Origin: Dendrobates tinctorius
Lineage: Eukaryota
Direction of reading: 5' to 3'
Assembly (NCBI RefSeq): GCF_039654945.1
Contig: NW_027361687.1
Location: 60,326,001 to 60,390,000 of the forward strand
DNA length: 64,000 bases
Part shown: positions 23,242 to 64,000 of the stretch, piece by piece
How positions within the stretch are numbered: position 1 is the first letter of the stretch
Layout of the letters: every line of letters starts with the position of its first letter
Position numbers and translations under genes: made by a program
The notes under the pieces: generated by a model
What the model saw: the letters and a program-made list of their open reading frames with translations, nothing else
Database searches by the model: none
What the model was told of the DNA's origin: nothing

Positions 23242-24498
23242 TGGATCGCCCTCCCAGGGCTGGTGGGGTACTCGGAGCCGGGCCCGTTGGTTTCAATGGG
23301 TGTTGTCACAGTGGCAGTGACCCTGGGCGTCCATTGTAAAAGGGGAATGTCGAGCTTGTGGGTGATGCTTAAAGTTTATGAATAATGAGTCGTGAAGCCA
23401 CCTGTGGTGTTCGGCAAGGGAGATGTTAAGCCGACGCTGCAAGCAGATCCTCTGGGACAAATGGTATAGTGCAGCAATGGTGGTGTAGCGCTCCACAGGT
23501 AGGGCTGTAGTCCCAGGGCAGAGTAGGTGAAGTGACAGTGAGGGGAGACGTGGATGGTGCAGTGTTAGGCACAAAGATGTAGCAGTGCCGAGTGTGTTGC
23601 CGCAGGAATAAGCTGAGGACACCAGGGCATGTAGTTCCAAAGCTTTACTCACATACTGTTGTGCGTACAGGTGCCCGCATCCGTGCCGTGTTCTCCAGGT
23701 CAGGAGCTCAGCCAACTTCCAGGCAAGATGAAGCACTCCTTTCCAACACTCCGCCAACATATGCCTTTTCTGAACATCTCCCTTATTGCGCCTATAGTGA
23801 AGTACTCACAGTACTGAGTTACACTGGAGTTCTTCCTGTCAGATGTTCCTATGAACTCTACTTGTACGGCAGACAGCTGTAGCCTGCTTCGGGGACTCCT
23901 TGCTACCAAGTCCCAGCTCACTCACGTTGCTGTTGTGCCCCCATGTCTTGTGTGAGAATAAAGTGGTGACAACTTCTATTCCTCCGGTGTCTTCTGCAGG
24001 ACCATTAGTATCCATACAACCACGGGGACCGGACCCCGGCCTTGCGCTATGAACTTGGGAAGGGTTCTGCTCTAACCCTAATCCTTAGTCCTCCTCTCCT
24101 TAGATTCCGTACTAATCCTTATTTCTTATGGAGAGAGTCAGGCTTTCCATCAATGTCCCTTTCCTGTGCCAGCGGACCCAGGTCACTGAAGTCTACTGCA
24201 GCACTTCCTTCATCCATCCCACTCAGGGGATCTTCTCTCTCTCACTGACTCTGTCAGACTGACCAAATCCTAAACTCTTCCCGCTCTTTTGGTGTAAACT
24301 AAACTCCACCCGCCTCCCAGCACACTTCGTGTTCCAAGCAGGTAGCCACCAAAGGGTGCTTTGCTACACTAATGTGTTGTGTGGGATGCAGGTGTTGGAG
24401 CGTGGTCAGGTGTCTCCACCTTACCTGGATAGTGGGGTACCACACCTCAGGAGGAGGTGCAGTACCTCTGTGGCGACTGAACCCTCAGGGGCGCCACA
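23242..24498 (-). mobile_element. Solo LTR related to the Gypsy LTR at 3272
   Basis: Sense TGTGGCGCC...GGGCGATCCA; perfect 4-bp TSD ATTG (23238-23241 and 24499-24502); shared core aggctacagctgtctgccgtacaagtagagttc. Confidence 0.85.
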
Positions 24499-27453
24499 AT
24501 TGCATTATAGTATTTGCATTGCAAAAAAATTAAAAAATATTCAGTGAACAGTGCTGTGTCTGAAAGGGGCTGGCTGACTATTCATTTCACTAGCTAAGCT
24601 ATCTCCTTTCCTTGTCTCATCCAATTTATGGACAGAAGGGGGTTGGCTTAGCCATAGAAATCAGCAGCCAGCTCTCGTTATACTCATCACTGATCAAAGG
24701 ATGGGAAAGGAAACCTCTCTCCTGTGTCAAACACAGGCCAGAAATAAAACTGCCAGGAGCAGCACCAAAATCTGGAGCACATTTTGTAGATTAGCTAGTT
24801 GAATAGAATCAGAATTTAAGGATATCTAAAAGATATTTTTTAGACAGCCCCCTTACTCCATTCCAGACATTACATACTGAGTGTGGGTGTATGGAGCTGA
24901 GCTTACTCTTCACATTGGGTTTGCCAGCTGTGTTATACAGCCAGCATCTTCTATCAGTATAGAACAGAGCTAACGCCTATCACTGCTGTTTGACACCATG
25001 AAAGACCAAAAGAAAGCAGAATTGGTGCCAAAGTGTAGGAGAAGATCACTATAAAGTGTTAAGTGTCCAACCACATAATTTACATAAGAGACAAATTCAA
25101 TCTGAAATGGTCCATGAATTGTTTTAATAAAACAAAAAAGTTAAAAAATAGCTCTGGAAAGAACAAATTTTTGAGATTTACACAACAAACGCAATAGTGT
25201 TACACATGCAGAGCAATGAGCTACACTGTGTGGAAAGCAGGACTATGTAGAGTCAGGAGGTTGGAGGGTTCAGAGCCGCAGCTAGTGCTAGACTCATGAT
25301 CCCACATCACTTTCATATCAGACCCCCTACAGCTTTCATAAACAGTCTGGGGTCTAGGAAAGGGTCCAACTGATATGTCAACCTCCAGGCAAAATGAATC
25401 AGTGTTACATCTAGGCCTGGGCCTAAGGAGGCAGAGCCTGACCAGGATCCCCCCTAATGCCACATTCATACACAAGTGTGCCACAGTCAGAGCACAGTCT
25501 GTCCACAGGTCTCCTGACCAGAACATATCTGTCTTAGCCATATACGAGGCTGTCGGGAGACCCATGAACAGTCCACGCATCATGGTCAATGCTTGGACTG
25601 TGACATATAGTTGTGTGAATATGGCATTAGTCATAAGTCCTCCCCCTCAGGCCCTACGTTAGTCCAAAGCGAGTTTCTTTAAAACATTACTGTTGAGTAG
25701 AGATGGGAGAATTGGTTGACCCATCAGCCTACTAATCCGATTAGTAGGATCCATCGGCTAGGTCAGTAATCTCTGACTACTGGAGAGTCGGCCAATGAAT
25801 CTCCTTCCTCCTGATATTCCTGCCTATTCTTTTTATTAGCCGGGATGGCACTATGTCGTGTATCTGCATTACACCATAATGATGATGTTGCATCAGCCCA
25901 GCAAATCAAAAAAGAAGCCGATAATGTTGGGAGGTAAGGAGTTTTGCAGTCCTCCTGTCCAGAGGCCATGGAGTACTGCAAATAGATTGTTCCATCTCTA
26001 CTCTTGTCAGACATTGGTCCCAGCATCACCATGTTCTGCCTAATGTAAGGCCTGAGGGGGATGATGCCGACCCAGTAATGCTCAGCCGCCTGAGGCCCAG
26101 GCTTTGATATATCAATATATTTCACTCATTTGGGGTTTTTCCGATCCAAAGTGTTAGAATAGAAGGGGCCAATGCTAGATTTCCCCTTGTAGTGGAGGAA
26201 GGGTAGCATGACCCGTTTAGATCTCAGTTTTGTAATTGCTACTAGATGTGGATCCTGTCTTTATGATATAGAACAAAGTCAATTTTAAAGGTGAAAAGAA
26301 AATACAAAGAGTAAAATAGTAATAGAAATCAACAATAGTCTTGAAAATGCTGTATGTTGAGCCTCTTTGGGCATATCATCGCTACTTTACTGGCTTGTAG
26401 TATGATTAAAGTGCAGAAAAAAAAGTTTTCAGTTAGAGACTGCAGCAGGCCAAGGTGGGTTTCAGGAGTCCCCATCTTCCGGTAACAGTTGAAGGCTCCT
26501 CAATAAGACAACTGGCTAAGTTTTGAGTTTGAAGGAAGCCCCATTAGCTTTTAAACTATTAAAAAAAACTAGTGGAAAGAATAAAAAATCATGAGGGTCC
26601 CATTAGGGTCTCTTGATGGTCCATGAGATATATGTACATAGTGGAGCTGTGTGTACAAAGCCTGAAGAATACCAATGCAGCCTCATACTATGAAGCCATG
26701 GGCTTTTGGTATGCATTTTGGATAAATTCGACTCCAGATTAGCTGCTTATTAGGATATCAGAAAAACCCTTGGGTTAACAATTCTTTAGATTTTCAGCAC
26801 TAGTCTATCCTTAAAATAACATTTCTGTAAAATCATCCAACAAATACTTATTAGGACGTCAAGCTGCCTAAAGTGCCATTTTAAGAAGGTGGCCATTACC
26901 TTCGTCTTTGACATCTTTCCCAATGAATTTGCAAAAACCATGCGCTAAAGTGACGGCATAATCATCACACAAAAACCTCTAACCGGATAATACAAAAATA
27001 GGACATAAATAAAATGTGGGACATTCCTGAGAATCGATTAGAAAACACTGAGCTGTGGTGGGATAGAGGGATCAGACCAGATTAGGGACCAGGTGGGCAA
27101 AACATCAGTCCTTTATCATCTAGAACTTTATAATATTTTTGAAGGTCTATTTTACATAAAAAGTATCTTGTGCTCAACCAAAGTCCACGAGCTCACATCA
27201 ATAAGTCTATAATAGTGGAGTCGGCTGTACAACCACCTTGTAAAGACTCCACTCGACCCTCAGAATCACAAGGGGATTCTTCTCATGATTAAAAATGCAT
27301 GTAATTTGAGTAATCAAATTCCATCTCTTAACCAGACTGTCGACAGTAAGAAGACCACCGAGATAATTGCACTTCAGTCCGGTCATACTATTTCAGTACT
27401 CTGGTAGAGTCTCACATGGGAATTTTGTAATGACCCTCAAAACTTTGAGACTT

Positions 27454-63675
<36,222 letters not shown>

Positions 63676-64000
63676 CTGGAAGACAACGGGAAAAATGGAT
63701 TACGAGTTGGAGATATGGGGATTGACGTATGGACCAAGAACAAGTCATCTGCTAAAGTCTGAGGGGCTTACAATATCCACCTAAAGCCAAAGATTTCATA
63801 CTAAGATATTTACTGTGGACCTTATACATTTGCCACCAAAAATAGCCTACACCTTCAGATGCCCTGTTATGGAGACATCCCCATGAGCATTTTTTTTTCT
63901 TTAAGGACACCTAACTAGGAAATTTACATTGTACATCAGATAATGAAGCCTTGTTTATAGAAACACAAGTGTTTTCTCATTGTAACAAGTAGGACGCGCA

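Noticed and set aside
25728-25748. Perfect hairpin cctactaatc-c-gattagtagg downstream of insrr
   Set aside because: Short palindrome, probably part of a decayed MITE; no evidence of function.

Overview
Eukaryotic genomic DNA, rich in introns and transposable elements; most likely an amphibian (frog), inferred from the receptor sequence and repeat types. The right 37 kb holds coding exons 2-22 of an insulin receptor-related receptor gene (insrr) on the minus strand (63675 to 27454). All introns are GT-AG, all phases are consistent, and exon 1 lies outside the window. The left 17 kb is a three-level nest: a Tc1 (DD34E) DNA transposon (2738-17242, TA TSD) interrupted by a Gypsy LTR retrotransposon (3272-16428, TTGA TSD, tRNA-Ser PBS), itself interrupted by a young BEL/Pao element (6423-12462, minus strand, CAGCC TSD). 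The most striking observation is that the BEL/Pao element has no tRNA primer-binding site. The 13 nt directly abutting its 5' LTR are perfectly complementary to a sequence inside its own LTR, with 16 more pairable nt beyond. This is the geometry of tRNA-independent self-priming known from Tf1/sushi chromoviruses. Both of its LTRs also end in TA rather than CA. The rest of the window holds solo LTRs, a Gmr1-type (INT-RT-RH) Gypsy remnant, a second Tc1, MITEs, a probable Helitron and simple repeats.
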